A stretch of DNA of 62,707 nucleotides, the filler included, from Collodictyon triciliatum (lineage: Eukaryota): NCBI GenBank assembly GCA_043381765.1. It is 7 parts of 7 records of this genome, joined end to end, with 100 filler letters (N's around TTAATTAATTAA, not from the genome) between each part and the next. Parts side by side here need not be neighbours in the genome. Positions count along the whole stretch, not along the records: positions 47,440 to 57,878 come from JBHJMP010002673.1; positions 57,979 to 62,707 come from JBHJMP010002711.1; 5 more parts are not named here. One strand, 5' to 3'. The notes beneath the pieces were generated by a model, which worked only from the letters and a program-made list of their open reading frames with translations, was not told where the DNA came from and did not search any database. Shown piece by piece: positions 49,971 through 62,692 of the stretch. A program made the position numbers and the translations under genes. Within the stretch, counting starts at the first letter, position 1, and every line of letters starts with the position of its first letter.

Positions 49971-52900
49971 TTAATCAGATGCTTTCTGTCTCCACTCTGC
50001 TGCCTTTTCGGTGTCCTTCTCAGTACCCCATCCATTTTCATAGCATTCAGCCATCATTTGAGCCTGAAACTTTGTGTAATCTCCCTGCTCACAATATTGT
50101 GTAAAGTCCCCATCAAAAGATGCCGCACCTTCTTGAAGAAATAGTTTCTTGTTTATGGGACTCAGTCCGGTGGTGTTTTTGAAACGTATTTTGGCACCTT
50201 CAAACTTTCTTGGGCCGATAATTCGGACTGTACTTACATTTACAATCCTACTAATACCAACCATGTTCATCGCATCACTTATTTTATCAAATATTGCAAT
50301 AATTTTGCCTGGGGTATCTCTTTTAAAAAGTTGATTCTTGTCGTTGTAGGTCATATCTGATATATCAAAGTTAATTTTTTCGTTTCCGGTAGACATGTCC
50401 CAAATATGGATTGTACCGTGGTTAGTTACCGAGGCCAGCCAATTTTCGCTATTCGGTCCCCTGATTGCGCAAGTGTACGTGACAAAACCTGGATGATTTT
50501 CCAAAAGATAGATTTGATTTCCTGAGACTGCATCCCAAATACGTATTGTTTTATCGCTACCTCCGGAAGCCAAGCAATTTTCGCCATTGGGTCCTTGAAT
50601 ACTGCAAACGGCCAGGACTGTATCTGTATGTCCTTTAAATAGAATAATTTGGTTTCCTGTGGTTACATCCCAAAGCCGTAAGGTTTCATCCCAACTTCCC
50701 GAGGCTAACCACTTTTCACCACTCGGTCCTTGAATACCACAAACACCGACAACGACGTCTCTATGACCTTCTAGTATTTTGATTTGTTTTCCTGTGGCTA
50801 TGTCCCAAATAGATATAGTTCTATCGCTACTTCCTGATGCTAACCAACTTTCTCCATTTGGCCCTTGAATACTACAAATACTCAAAACACTACCAGTATG
50901 ACCTTCTAATACTTCGACGTGGTTTCCTGTGGCTACATCCCAAATGCATATTCTCGTATCAGAACCACCAGTTGCCAACCACTTTTCACCATTCGGTCCT
51001 TCGATATTACAAATACTGATGATAGTATCTGAGTGATATTCCAGTATTTTGATCTGACTTCCGCTGGCTACATCCCAAATACGTAAGGTTTTGTCCTGGC
51101 TTCCCGAAGCCAACCAGTTCTCACCGTTCGGTCCTTTAGTGCTACAAACAGTCGTAACATAATGCAAATGGCCTTCAAATTTCTTCATTTGGGCTCCGGC
51201 TGCTAGATCCCATATACGAATAGTCCAATCATCACTCCCAGAAGCCAGCCAGTTTTCACCATTTGGTCCTTGAATGCTGCAAACACTCATAATATAGCCT
51301 GTATGACCTTCGAATGTTTTGGTTTGGTTTCCAGTGGCTACATCCCAAATACATAGTCTAGTATCATCGCTTCCAGAGACCAGCCAATTCTCGCCATTCG
51401 GTCCTTGAATGCTGCAAAGACTCGCAACACCCCCAGTGTGTCCCTCGAGCACTTTGATGTCATTTCCTAAGGCCACATCCCAAATTAGAATGGTTTCATC
51501 AACACTTCCAGAGGCCAGCCAATTTTCACCATTCGGTCCTTGAATGCTGCAAACACTCATGACAACGTCCGTATGTCTCTCTAAAATTTTGATTTCCTTT
51601 GTTGTGGTTACATCCCAAATGCGCACTGTTTTATCATTACTTCCAGAGGCCAGCCAGTGTTCACCATTCGGTCCTCGAATACTGCAAACACTCATGACGC
51701 CGCCTGTGTGTCCCTCTAAAATTTTGATTTCCTTTGTTGTGGTTACATCCCAAATGCGCACGGTTTTGTCTTCACTTCCAGAAGCCAGCCAGTTTTCACC
51801 ATTTGGCCCTTGAATGCTGCAAACGCTAGTAACATATTCCATATGACCTTCAAATATTATGATTTGGCTTCCAGTAGTGATATCCCAGAGGCGAATTGTT
51901 TTATCACTACTTCCAGAAACCAGACACCTTTCTCCGTTCTGTCCTTGAATAATACAGACACTATTAACAGACCTTGCGTGTCCGTCTAATGTTTTGATTT
52001 GATTTCCAGTCACAACATCCCATACATAAATTTTTTCATCTTCACCTCCAGATGCCAGCCAGTTTTCACCATTTGGTCCTTGAAGACTGCAAACACTTCT
52101 GACATAACTTGAATGACCCAAGAAAACAGGCAGGCGACCAAAATTAACGTCATTCATATTCGCATTATCAAAGACGCAATTAGATATGCATGCATTGTAG
52201 AGAGTAATGCCAGTCAAGTTTGCGCCAGAGAAATCAACCCCATCAGCAATAGACTGCGACATATCAGCATTTGGAATTTGAATCCCTCTGAAATCCATTC
52301 CACTGAAAGAAACATCAGCATAATTCAGTATTGTTATGGCATTTGATGCGGCTTGCGATTTGCTTGCATCTGTTTTGGATTGTTCGATTATCGAAAAAAG
52401 GTTGTCTTTGTAGGCTTTGTCTTTATTCACCTTTTCACTCAGATTGAGGATAATTGCTGGCTCAAGTTTTTTATCAAGAACATTTGTCATCACTCTCGAT
52501 TTTATAATTGAGTGAGCAATTTGAGGGAGCTTGTGGCCAATTGATTTCACTAATATAGATTTTCCAGAAATAGAGTTCTCAGGTTCAGAGGAAATTGTAG
52601 ATATTTGAGTTTCAGTCGATGGTTGGGCATAATCTTGATTATCGACCGCGGAATCGTTGATTTCATCTTTGATATACTCAGCAGCAAAGAATTCGTAGAG
52701 TGACTTGTGGAAGAACTCGTACGTTGTGGCACTAGATTTCTTAATGGGGGCACATCTCAAGAAAAAGATAGAATATGTAAGCTCTCCGTCTATCGAGTGC
52801 TCAGGATTTGGATGAAAAAATTCGTCATACTCATGCTTTTTTGATTTTCCTTCGACTTTTTCATATTCCAAAGCAAGATGACCTTTTTTGAGCATAATTT

Positions 52901-55900
52901 TGGCGATGTCTTTGCACTTAATCCAAAGCAATTCAGATAAATCCTCTGGCATTCTTTTCTTCAACGAAACAGTACTTTGAAGTTTTTCTCTTTCACGCTC
53001 GAACCATCTCCTCGAAAATTTGTCTAGAAAGTCTATTCTCATCATTTTAGCATCATCCTTCGACTTGAATTCAGCTCTTTCCTTCAACAAAGATGGGAGT
53101 GTGGTGGCTGCCATGAAAATCATAAATGGGGTGGCGGCGAGTTCGTCAAGCTCTTTGATTTTCTTGAGCTCTTCTTCATATTTCTCCCCCTTTTCCCATC
53201 CTTTAATGGGATTGCGTTCTGCATACTTGTTAAAGAATTCAATTCTTTGTTTGGCCTCGAAAGGCCTTAGGTATATTTCATCCAGGGAGTAGCCATGGCT
53301 AATTTTTGGTGCGATCAAAGAGTGATATTGAGGTTTCTTGTCAAAAAATTGTTTTCGGCATCCAATCACGAACTTGCAGTTAGGCCATTCATGCAATTTA
53401 TTCGAATTGTAAAAAGATGTACCATTTTCTTCAATTTCATCATAACCATCAAGGAAGATTATAAAAAATTTCTTTTTTAACTCCTTTATCTGTTCTGCCC
53501 GGAAATCAGAATCGGAAATGTAGAGGCTGTTTTTGCTTTCAGAAAGAAGCAATTCCTCAATGGCATTTTCTCTGGGCTTTTCCAATGCAGTTAGAGCTAC
53601 ATATAAAGGAATATGTACCTTCCCATACTCATATCTCTCCCATAACAGCCGCACGATATACTGTTGTAGTAGAGACTTTCCAGAACCTGAATCCCCGAGA
53701 ATGAGGAGCACTTTTTCTTTTGAAGATATGATGAAATTCAGAATATATTCTTGGGCATCAAATTTTTTTCCTTTTTCAGCAATTCTTTCGGCTTGACCAG
53801 GGATGTAAGTACTAAATCTGCTATTAAACTCTTCATTTCGAACAGTCTCTTCTTTGATGTTTTCGATGATGTCTTGAACAGTCCTTTCGTCCATTCCAGC
53901 TTTTTCAAAAAGGACCGTGTGTAATTTGAGAATTTTCGGAGAATAAGCCAGCATATCATTTTTTCTTGTTTCCACAAATATGTTAATAGCCTCATTTTTA
54001 AACCATTTTTCATGCTGTGTGAAGTAATCCACCAAGTTATAAACCTTCTGACGCTCGGAGCCATTAGTAGTGTAGCAGAAGCGTTCATAAATCGTATCGA
54101 TAATAAGGAATGCTAGAGTCTCTCCGACTTTATCTTTCTTGACAGAAAATTGAGAATCCCAAAATTTCTTTGCTTCGTCAACACTAACAAACAAAAAGAT
54201 ACGAAATTCTTGATAAAATGTGAACCAGTTTTTCTTTATATCGATTTCCCCAACAGCAGTGGCAACCTCTTGTAATGACGCCAAAGTACCACTAATATCG
54301 AAAGAAAATGCTGCAGAAGCAGCGTTGAACAGACCAAGTCCAACTTTGCCAGCTATTTTTAGATTCTTTATAACTGGATTCTGGCCGTCACCGATATTTT
54401 TTAGAAGTTCACAGAATAAGGATTTCTTGGCCTGGACATACTGAATTTGCATCTTATTCAAAATTTCTTCACCGCGAGTCTCTATTTTTTTTTCAATCCA
54501 GCTTTGTCCAAATGTCTCCTTGTATGACTTGTACTTTTCTTCTGGAATTCCCGATGCGCCAGAAACATAGAGCGAGTTCAGGATGGAAATCAGACTGTCC
54601 AATACCTTTTGACACAAGTTTTCGTCCGACGCAAATAGGCTCCCAACACGCTCAATCAGAATATCAAGGACTTTTGCCAACAAAGTTTGGTCAAAATCAT
54701 CCTTAAGAGTATTTGCCACAACGATATTCAAGGCGTTTAGCAAGCGGTCCAACTTTTCCATCCCACTCTGCATCTTATCACCAACAGCAGTTATAAGCTT
54801 TTCTGAAATGAGTTTGTCCCCTGAAGGGGCCAGTGCAGTAATCTCCCCCAAGCTCTCATCATCGGCAGTTGGTTCCTTCATGAAAAGCTTGATTATCCGA
54901 AGAGCTCTCTTTTTCTCGGTACTCTTGTCATATTGTTGGTCTCGTTGCTCAGATATGGCTTTGGCAAGCTCGCAAGTATTGGCAGGTGTCTCAACAAACT
55001 CGTAAGCTTTAAATTCCCAATCTCTAAACAAATTTTGTTGTGTGCTGCTTGAGTCTGGCATATGGCCATATGAACTTGTTCCAGGTTGATTACATGCAGA
55101 TGGAAATGTCATTTCTGTTGGTTGGGACGAGGCCAAAGCGGGAATGTCGAAGTCCCGTTGGATATTTGAAGCACTTTGTGTATTAGCAGCGGAGAGCTGA
55201 GATATGATCTCCTGGGGTGACGTTGTGGTTGCATTTCCTTGAGATTGAATGCCCACAGGAGAAGCAGGAGAAGCACTAGATTGAGCAAAGTTGGACATGG
55301 ATGCTTGAGGAGATACAAAACGCACCAGTGAATCAATGACTTGAAAGGTCTGCTCAGAGGTTGGCAGTCGAGATACTTGATCGATGATGGTCTGAATAAG
55401 TCTTTGCTTCGATTCGTTCTGCTCGCGTAGGCTCTGGGTTTGGACAGCAGCCTGCTTTTCTATCATAGAGATATGAAGTGCTACCAATCTTTCCAACAGT
55501 TTCATATCCTCCTCCTTGGTACGACTCATGAGTAACTGAGATGCTAAGACTTGAGTCAATTGTATGGATACATTTTGACCATTCGGACTAGATATCGAAT
55601 TACTTGCTGATTGTTGATACGCCTCGTTTAATTTGGACAGAACTTCAAGGACATCAAGAGTCGAATCAGCTTGGGTATTGCGCGTGCGTGCTGTGGCAGA
55701 TACATTCCTTTGAGCCATTCGAGATGATGCACTGCCACCTCCTTTGAAATTAAAGTTTACTTCATAAATCCCGTCGCCTCGAAATGCGCAGCTTAGGGAT
55801 TCACCTGGATGAACCTTATGTTTTAAAGCTCTGGGGTCGATATTCGGGGGAAGAATTATTTCTGGATATAGTCCATTTCCAGGGTGATCCAGAGACGATG

Positions 55901-56490
55901 GCATATATGTGGCTTGACCATAATATTCATATTCATCTGTAAAAGAATAAATAAAATGAAATACTATGCTGATACTTGACGTTGTGATGACATTAAAGCA
56001 AAAAATAAATAAATCGAAACTATGCATTTTTCTTTGGGCATTACCTCCTTTCTGTGAACCAGAATTCAATCCCTCAAGGACATCCTCTTGGTCGCATGGT
56101 TCTTCCAAGACTTTCCAATTCCTGTTTAGAGTGTATGATTTTTTTTTGATTCAGAGACCCGATTAATCTACAAATTACATATGTTATGAGGCAAAATCTC
56201 TTTCTTTAGTCAAATTATTACCAGCCTTGAATTGCACCAGAACACACTTCGACGAGTTGGTCGACCATTCCCAATATATCTGGGTGATCATGGACTCCAA
56301 TACCTGGGACAATTTTTCCGGCTGGTTGGAAGTTCAGTTGAGGAAGTGTGCTGACAGGAGCGGCCTATATCGAATTTTGTCAAACTATTTGTGGTGATCA
56401 CCAGAGTTGAAAAAATACAGAGGAAAAACTCTTACTTTCAATGCTTACCTCATCAATCCTCATCAAACTCTTTCGAAGATTAAATTTCAT
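49971..56490 (-). CDS. NLR-like STAND protein: helical/ARM-like - NACHT - pentapeptide repeats - 13 WD40 repeats - SEL1-like; about 2075 aa
   Basis: Exon model 56490-56449, 56364-56222, 56121-56045, 55936-49971 keeps frame with GT-AG introns. Walker A LILGDSGSGKS (about 53690), Walker B FIIFLDGYDEI (about 53450), pentapeptide repeats (about 52140-52310), 45-aa WD40 units (about 50370-52125), C-terminal AECYENGWGTEKDTEKAAEWRQKA. Confidence 0.92.
50370..52125 (-). repeat. 13 x 135-bp coding tandem repeats (WD40)
   Basis: Units GH-x-V-x-SVCSIQGPNGENWLASGSxDxT-x-IWD; a 48-nt block is identical at 51579-51626 and 51714-51761 (offset 135). Confidence 0.92.
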
Positions 56491-57978
56491 CACGGTACAA
56501 AACGCAATTAATATCGATGTAGGAGCGAGTCACTAATACAAAAAAAAAACATTATACTAATATAATTATGTAAATTTATCATAAAACATGTTTTTTTTTA
56601 AACGGATACTGTTGTGTTGGTTAAGTTTTATATTTTCGACTTAAACCATAAACTCTTCCTTGTATAATGAGCCATCGTTCTATGGATGATTTTTTTATTC
56701 ATGTTACAATAGTCGATTAAGTGATGTATTAATTGAGAAATATCCAAACTGGATCACTGCCCTGTCCTTTTGTCTAAGTGCGCGAAATTGCTATATTTTG
56801 GACAAGCAAATCATAGCCAATTATAAAAATTTGCATGTAATAGATTTTTTTTTATTTATTTATCTCTTTACCTTTGCTTAAATACACAAATGAATCTCAC
56901 AATACATTTCTTTTCTTCTTTGGTATGTGGCTTTTAATAGAACGCTTGGAAAAATTGGGAATTAAAAAAAAGTATATATTGAATAAAGTAAATTAAAATA
57001 TGCAGCGCATCACATGATCTCTTTTACTTTCTCTCACATAATCTCAAATCGAAAGAAACAACAAATAAAAAAAATAAAAATAGAAAATAAGTCAAATTGT
57101 TCAGAGGAGTGGTCAAGAAGTTGCCGATCGTAAGTGTAATAGTTTATCTACTCCCAAGTATTTTCATAGCACTGATTAACCCATACATAAGTTGAGTTGC
57201 ATTTGCGATGTTTCGTGTGGGCAAGATATATAATTAAATACAAATAATTAAAATATCAAAGGATTTTTTTTTTTTTTAAAAAAAAAATAAATAATTAAAT
57301 TAATAGCGCCAAGAACGAAGAAAAAGCGAAGAACCTACGAAAAACAAAAGCTCATAAAGAACGAAAATATCAAAAACGTAGTAATGAAGGAAAATGAACA
57401 AAAACAAAAATAAAAAATAAAAAAGAAGAGCTCTAAGGCAAATAACTATAGGGGAAAACAAGCATTGACATAATTACCACACCAAGATCACTGGCCGGGC
57501 TGGGATCACATGACACGCCGCCAGGCAGCGCCAATCCACCTTCGATCAGATAATGCTGCCTGGATGGGATGGTTGACACGTCCACATATATTCTATTCTA
57601 TAGATGGAATTATATTTTCATACAAGTTTTATTTCCAGCTTCGGAAGGCGGATGATCGCTCTTCTTCGCCCGCCTTTTTCCCCTCATCCGCGTCACAGAT
57701 CAATAATCTGGTGCCCTAGTATTTTTCCCCCTGTGCGCAAGGATTCTAAAGAGCCCGGCACTTCGAGGCGAACACAACAAAAATAAAAAAACAAATAAAA
57801 AAACAAATAAAAAAACAAATAAAAAAACAAATAAAAAACAAATAAAAAAACAAAAAAAAAAAAAAAAAAAAAACAAAANNNNNNNNNNNNNNNNNNNNNN
57901 NNNNNNNNNNNNNNNNNNNNNNTTAATTAATTAANNNNNNNNNNNNNNNNNNNNNNNNNNNNNNNNNNNNNNNNNNNN

Positions 57979-58073
57979 TATGTATGTATGTATGTATGTA
58001 TGTATGTATGTATGTATGTATGTATGTATGTATGTATGTATGTATGTATGTATGTATGTATGTATGTATGTAT
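57979..58073. repeat. (TATG)n microsatellite at contig start
   Basis: Tetranucleotide tandem repeat. Confidence 0.95.
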
Positions 58074-59031
58074 TTTGGATTAGATAAACCATCCAACAGT
58101 GATTGGTGAATATCATCCGAAAAATTTTCAAGAAAAGCAAAAGAAATTAATGCTGTCATGCTTTGCGTTTCTCTTGGTTTTTTTATATATAAAAATTCGG
58201 ATATCATCTCGCTGTGTGCTGGCGGACAACTGATTCCATCGCCGAACCACGAAAGACACGAGGAGAGCCTTCTCTACTTTTTTTTTAATTAGTCAGTATC
58301 GCAAATACCACGCTTCACTGCCAGAATAACGCATACTGCATCAGATGACCCGGCAGGTCTTCTTGATGTTACCTTCATTCCTTCTCTTTCTCTTGCATTC
58401 TGTTCTCTAGTACCCACATGATTGTTTTATAACTCAAGCTAATCACACTGCATTCTTCTCATCTTTACTACAACTCGTGCGTATCAGTGGGATGCTTCTG
58501 GACAGCAGTCTTATATCAGGAAAATATAGTGTCAAACCCCCGAAATAAAAAAAAACAGAAATCAAGATGAAAAAGAGGTAAAGTAGAGGGAAAAGGAGAA
58601 GCGGTAGTGAATCAATTTTTCTGTTGGGGTGACAAAGTTAGCAGATGCTGGAGTATATGAGGTTTATGCATTAGCCGGCCAACTTTATTATAATCTAAGT
58701 ACCGACGTTGAACATTCCAGATATCCCTCTTAAAAAAAAAAAAGGAACAAGTAACCAACAAGTTTTCAATCCCGGCAAATTTAACTATCAATTCGAGATA
58801 ATTAGAAAATAGAATAATGGGAATAACAACATTCACGAAAGAAAGTGTTCCAAGTTGACGTGTCCTTTTCTAAACAGTATTTGCATCCGGTAGGAGTTTC
58901 CTTGCACGCACGTTCAATCCTGAGTGTTTTTTCTTCCTTTTCCAAAAGACAAACTGAGGGGATCAATAAAACATTCGTTCATAGCTGTTTGTGATTTATG
59001 TTAAATTGGTGGTGGTAGTTAGAGACGGGGA

Positions 59032-62000
59032 TTATGAAGGGTTCGAAGTAGCGTAAGGATTGATTGAATCCCTTGGTGAACTTGTATGGGACCCGACACC
59101 GCTGGCAGACGAAGGGTTCTGGCTGGGTCGCTGATGTCTGTTGAGGAGATACTCTAGACTCTCATGTTTTCTGTCTCCAGGCTTTTTCTAAGGGTAAAGC
59201 AAAATATATTGCCATCAGATTTTATAGTCATATCATTGCAGAAAACGCCATTTTGCTCACGCATACCCATCGTTGGCTGTGATAGTCGCGAATGACTAGT
59301 GTAATTACATCACGGACGCGCGGGTTCTCTGCTGTGAATTCATATATACCAGAGGCATCATGAATGTTGAATTTCGTATTGTTGGCTATGTCCAGAGAGA
59401 CCTTGAGAGATGCACCCACTGGGATTCTGTTCAACGTGTGTTTGTTAAAGTGATGGTATATGCTCAAAGCGACTCCCTGCATTAAAGATATCACGATGAT
59501 GATGGATAACAAAATTAAGACTATGGTGCAAACAGTTTTGAAAAAAGACCTTAGTCTAGTGACCATTGATTTTTGAATCTTGATATATTCTTTCGATAAC
59601 AAAATAATTCTTGACTCGTATTTGTCTTTCGTTGACGACCTCATTTGTATCTAATAGGTAAGTTTCGAATGAAAGTAATGTCAGTTGTTAGAGCTAATGC
59701 TTGAGATGATTTCTCTGTTGCACTTATAATTTTGATGTTAGTCGCAGACATTACAAGGCTTTGGCATTAAAATCGTCTTAATTTAAGAGAAGTACTCTGA
59801 ATGATGGGTTTTCTGATAGGACATTTGTCTGGGCTATATGCAGTATATCGGGATCTGTGTGGGAAAACCATACACATAAATTTTGTTTCTATAGCTGGCG
59901 TTGCACTGAATAAATAGTGATAGATCATACAGATATATAATTGTAGATAGCCACACTTTTTTTTTTTTTTTTGCCCAGAGCAACAACTACTGCACAGAAA
60001 CTCGAATACATTTTGTTTTAAATACCCGGTCTGTATAAATCTCTGCTAACATTTACATAAAATATGCTTCCTGATAGACCATCAGTTCGTATCGGAGTGA
60101 TTTCAACCCGAAGAGCACATCCAAAATCATCGGGATTAGGCTCATATTTTAATCCTTTTGCCCCTGTTTCAGAACATGGTGGTATCCATCAATTAAAGCC
60201 CAAGAAAAACAAAAATAAAAACAAAAACAAGTATAGAAATGCAAATACTATATGCTATTTTGTCATTAGCTCTGGACAATCGAGCAGGTAAACTGATTCA
60301 TACCAGCTATCGCCATGAACGCCCGGTTATCTGAGGAACGAGCCCAATGAATCAGTGACCCCCATTCTTTCCCTCCAGCATAGACATACTCGACGGAGAG
60401 CGGTGTTGTATGATAAGGACCACCCTTAACAAGGGCAGAAACGACACGAGGTATTCCTAAGCGATTATAATTCGTCGTGGGTAAATTGATTGAAGCTGTA
60501 TACTATGTGAATTAGTATACATTCAAAAACTTAAAGAAAAAAAATAGGGATAGTAGGGGCACGAGAGCCATAGTTCTCACCTTCTCTAATCGGTGTTGTG
60601 TCGACGTTGTAAACTTGATCTCCGCATTTTATCACACAACGTAAAGAGTGACCGATATCATCATAGCAAGTTTTGTAATGGTCTTCCGTCGCTCCGAGAA
60701 TTAGAGAGAAGGACTCCAGACCTTTCCTCTTTAGCCTGGCAATCGGTGCAGTGTCGAAATATATTTCAGATAACAGGTATGGGTTTTTTTGGTAAAAAGA
60801 AAAAAAATTACTAAATGGATTATCGAAAGAAAAAAAAAGGTGGCGGGGGTTGAGTTTAAAAGTTGAAAATTACCATTGATATGAAATATTTTCAGAAACT
60901 TGGATTATGCTTCCACCTCCGACTTTGAGGAGAGATGAGTCCTCGAGTACTCCATCAATTCGGAACTCGTTGGGTATTGGCTCCAGATTGATTGATACTA
61001 ATATAGAGGTAAGATAATGGTATGTATCAAATTACTCAAAAAAATTATTCTTCTGGCGAGTCATAAAACTTTTCAAAAATGAGGTAAAGTGAGTAGTTTT
61101 TCACATACTTTGTTCTTCCAGGGTGGGGAATGTAATTGGGGGGATGCTGATGGGGGGTTGGTCTGGATTGATGGTGGCTATATGTAATACCGAATCAAAA
61201 AAAAAGCATTATTCGTCATTCTAAAAGGGTAAATAATAACACAATTGAGATAAACCATATTATAAAAGAATCACAAACTGCATTAAACGTAAATGGAAAA
61301 TACCATGGCCCTGTGATTTTTTCTCAGACAACGATTCCTTATGTGTGAATGCGCGAATCAAATTTACAAACGAGTGGAGGCCAAGATTAGTATGCACTGT
61401 GGATAAAATAAAAATAAAATTCATGATTCTGAGAGGGAAAGCCTCCAAAATAAATATGACATACTGTTTCTAATGAGATTGGTAGCTTCATTTTCGGAGC
61501 ATTATCGTTAGATTCATCTGAATCTGGTTTTGATTGATTTGCCGGTTTTTTCAGGGACGACGTCGGAGGAAGTTGATTCAAAACGTGGGTAACGATTTTC
61601 CATATGTTATTAATTCCTTGGATACCGATACTACAGAGTCAATTTGAAAATGAAAATACCTTTGTCAAGAAATTTATACAGGAAAATTACTAATATTTGA
61701 ATGGATATATGATCTAGCATATAGTTTGTCACATCTATTTACTTCACTAGAGATACCTTAGCTGACGCATAATGATCGATATCATGCTTTCTTTCAGTAC
61801 TAATCTCTGCTGTGTGAGTAATAATTGGTCTTCCAACCATTGGTCATAGTCCATCTGATGAGCGAAGAGCAAATTTTTTTTTTATTATATGATGTTGATA
61901 CTAGATACAGAATGAAAAGAAAAGAGAAGAAAAAAAAAAGGAAAGGGAAATAGCTAAGAAAACAATTACCCTGGATACATTTGATTCAACACGACCAATA

Positions 62001-62243
62001 GTACTTTTTTCAGCAAGTTTGTCGACTTTTGTATGTATAGATTGGAATATATTCGATATTTCCCCGTCAGGGTCGTGCTGACTTCCATTCGAATGTGTAT
62101 GCCTGTTGATCTCTGTAGATTTGTCGTAGCTATTCACGAAATGCAAACTGCTAGAATTGGAAGACGATATCCTGAGGGCTTCAAATTGCTCTGAACGAGT
62201 AAATGATTAATGTATTGAGAGTGGGCAAGAACCAATACAAATA

Positions 62244-62318
<75 letters not shown>

Positions 62319-62548
62319 AAAGGCAAACGAACTAAAACAAAAAATGACAAAATAATTAGCACAAGAGTTACCCTGTTGCCGCTGTGATGACTGTACCAAC
62401 ATAGCGTCCTGATTTAACAAGTATTCAAACTCCTGATGCTCCAGCGCGATGGCATCGTGAGTACTTCTTACGCATTCAACAACCATATCGATTGCTGCGT
62501 CTATAATTCTCAAATCCTCTGTGGAATCACGGAATTTACTCTCCAAAC
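59032..62548 (-). CDS. Multi-exon protein with two AIR9-type Ig-like repeats and a C-terminal PH-like domain (5' partial)
   Basis: Exons give FRIDGVLED...SYQW, LILGATEDHYKTCYDDIGHSLRCVI, YVYAGGKEWGSLIHWARS, GAKGLKYEPNPDDFGCALRVEITPIRTDG (A9-like). Then IILLSKEYIKI...KFNIHDASGIYEFTAENPRVRDVITLVIRDY (PH-like). Final exon ends NPS-TAA at 59034-59032. Confidence 0.7.
62244..62317. repeat. poly(A) tract (intron of minus-strand gene)
   Basis: Long homopolymer. Confidence 0.9.
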
Positions 62549-62648
62549 TAGAAGTATTAAAAGAATTAATTCTTTAATGATATGGAAAATACTGACTATT
62601 TTTTATTTTATTCTTTTAAGATTGGAAGGAAAACGTGCGACATCGTTT

Positions 62649-62692
<44 letters not shown>

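Noticed and set aside
50370-52125. Regular 135-bp repeats as a possible CRISPR-like array
   Set aside because: The repeats are in-frame coding WD40 units with no repeat-spacer structure, and there are no cas genes.
55937-56108. N-terminus of the 2045-aa ORF as called by the ORF track (TTG start, hydrophobic FDLFIFCFNVITTSS segment)
   Set aside because: 56044-55937 is a GT-AG intron that happens to preserve frame; upstream exons supply the likely true start.
50149-56166. Short plus-strand and alternative-frame ORFs over the NLR gene
   Set aside because: Shadow ORFs of a long coding exon, with no independent motifs.
10448-57978. Six identical TTAATTAATTAA palindromes flanked by N-runs, resembling a repeat array
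   Set aside because: These are artificial six-frame-stop linkers joining contigs, not biological sequence. Gene neighbourhoods across linkers carry no functional meaning.
59228-59644. 138-aa ORF with an apparent transmembrane helix
   Set aside because: The hydrophobic stretch corresponds to a GT...CAG segment (59549-59427, 123 nt, stop-free) best read as an in-frame intron of the Ig/PH gene.
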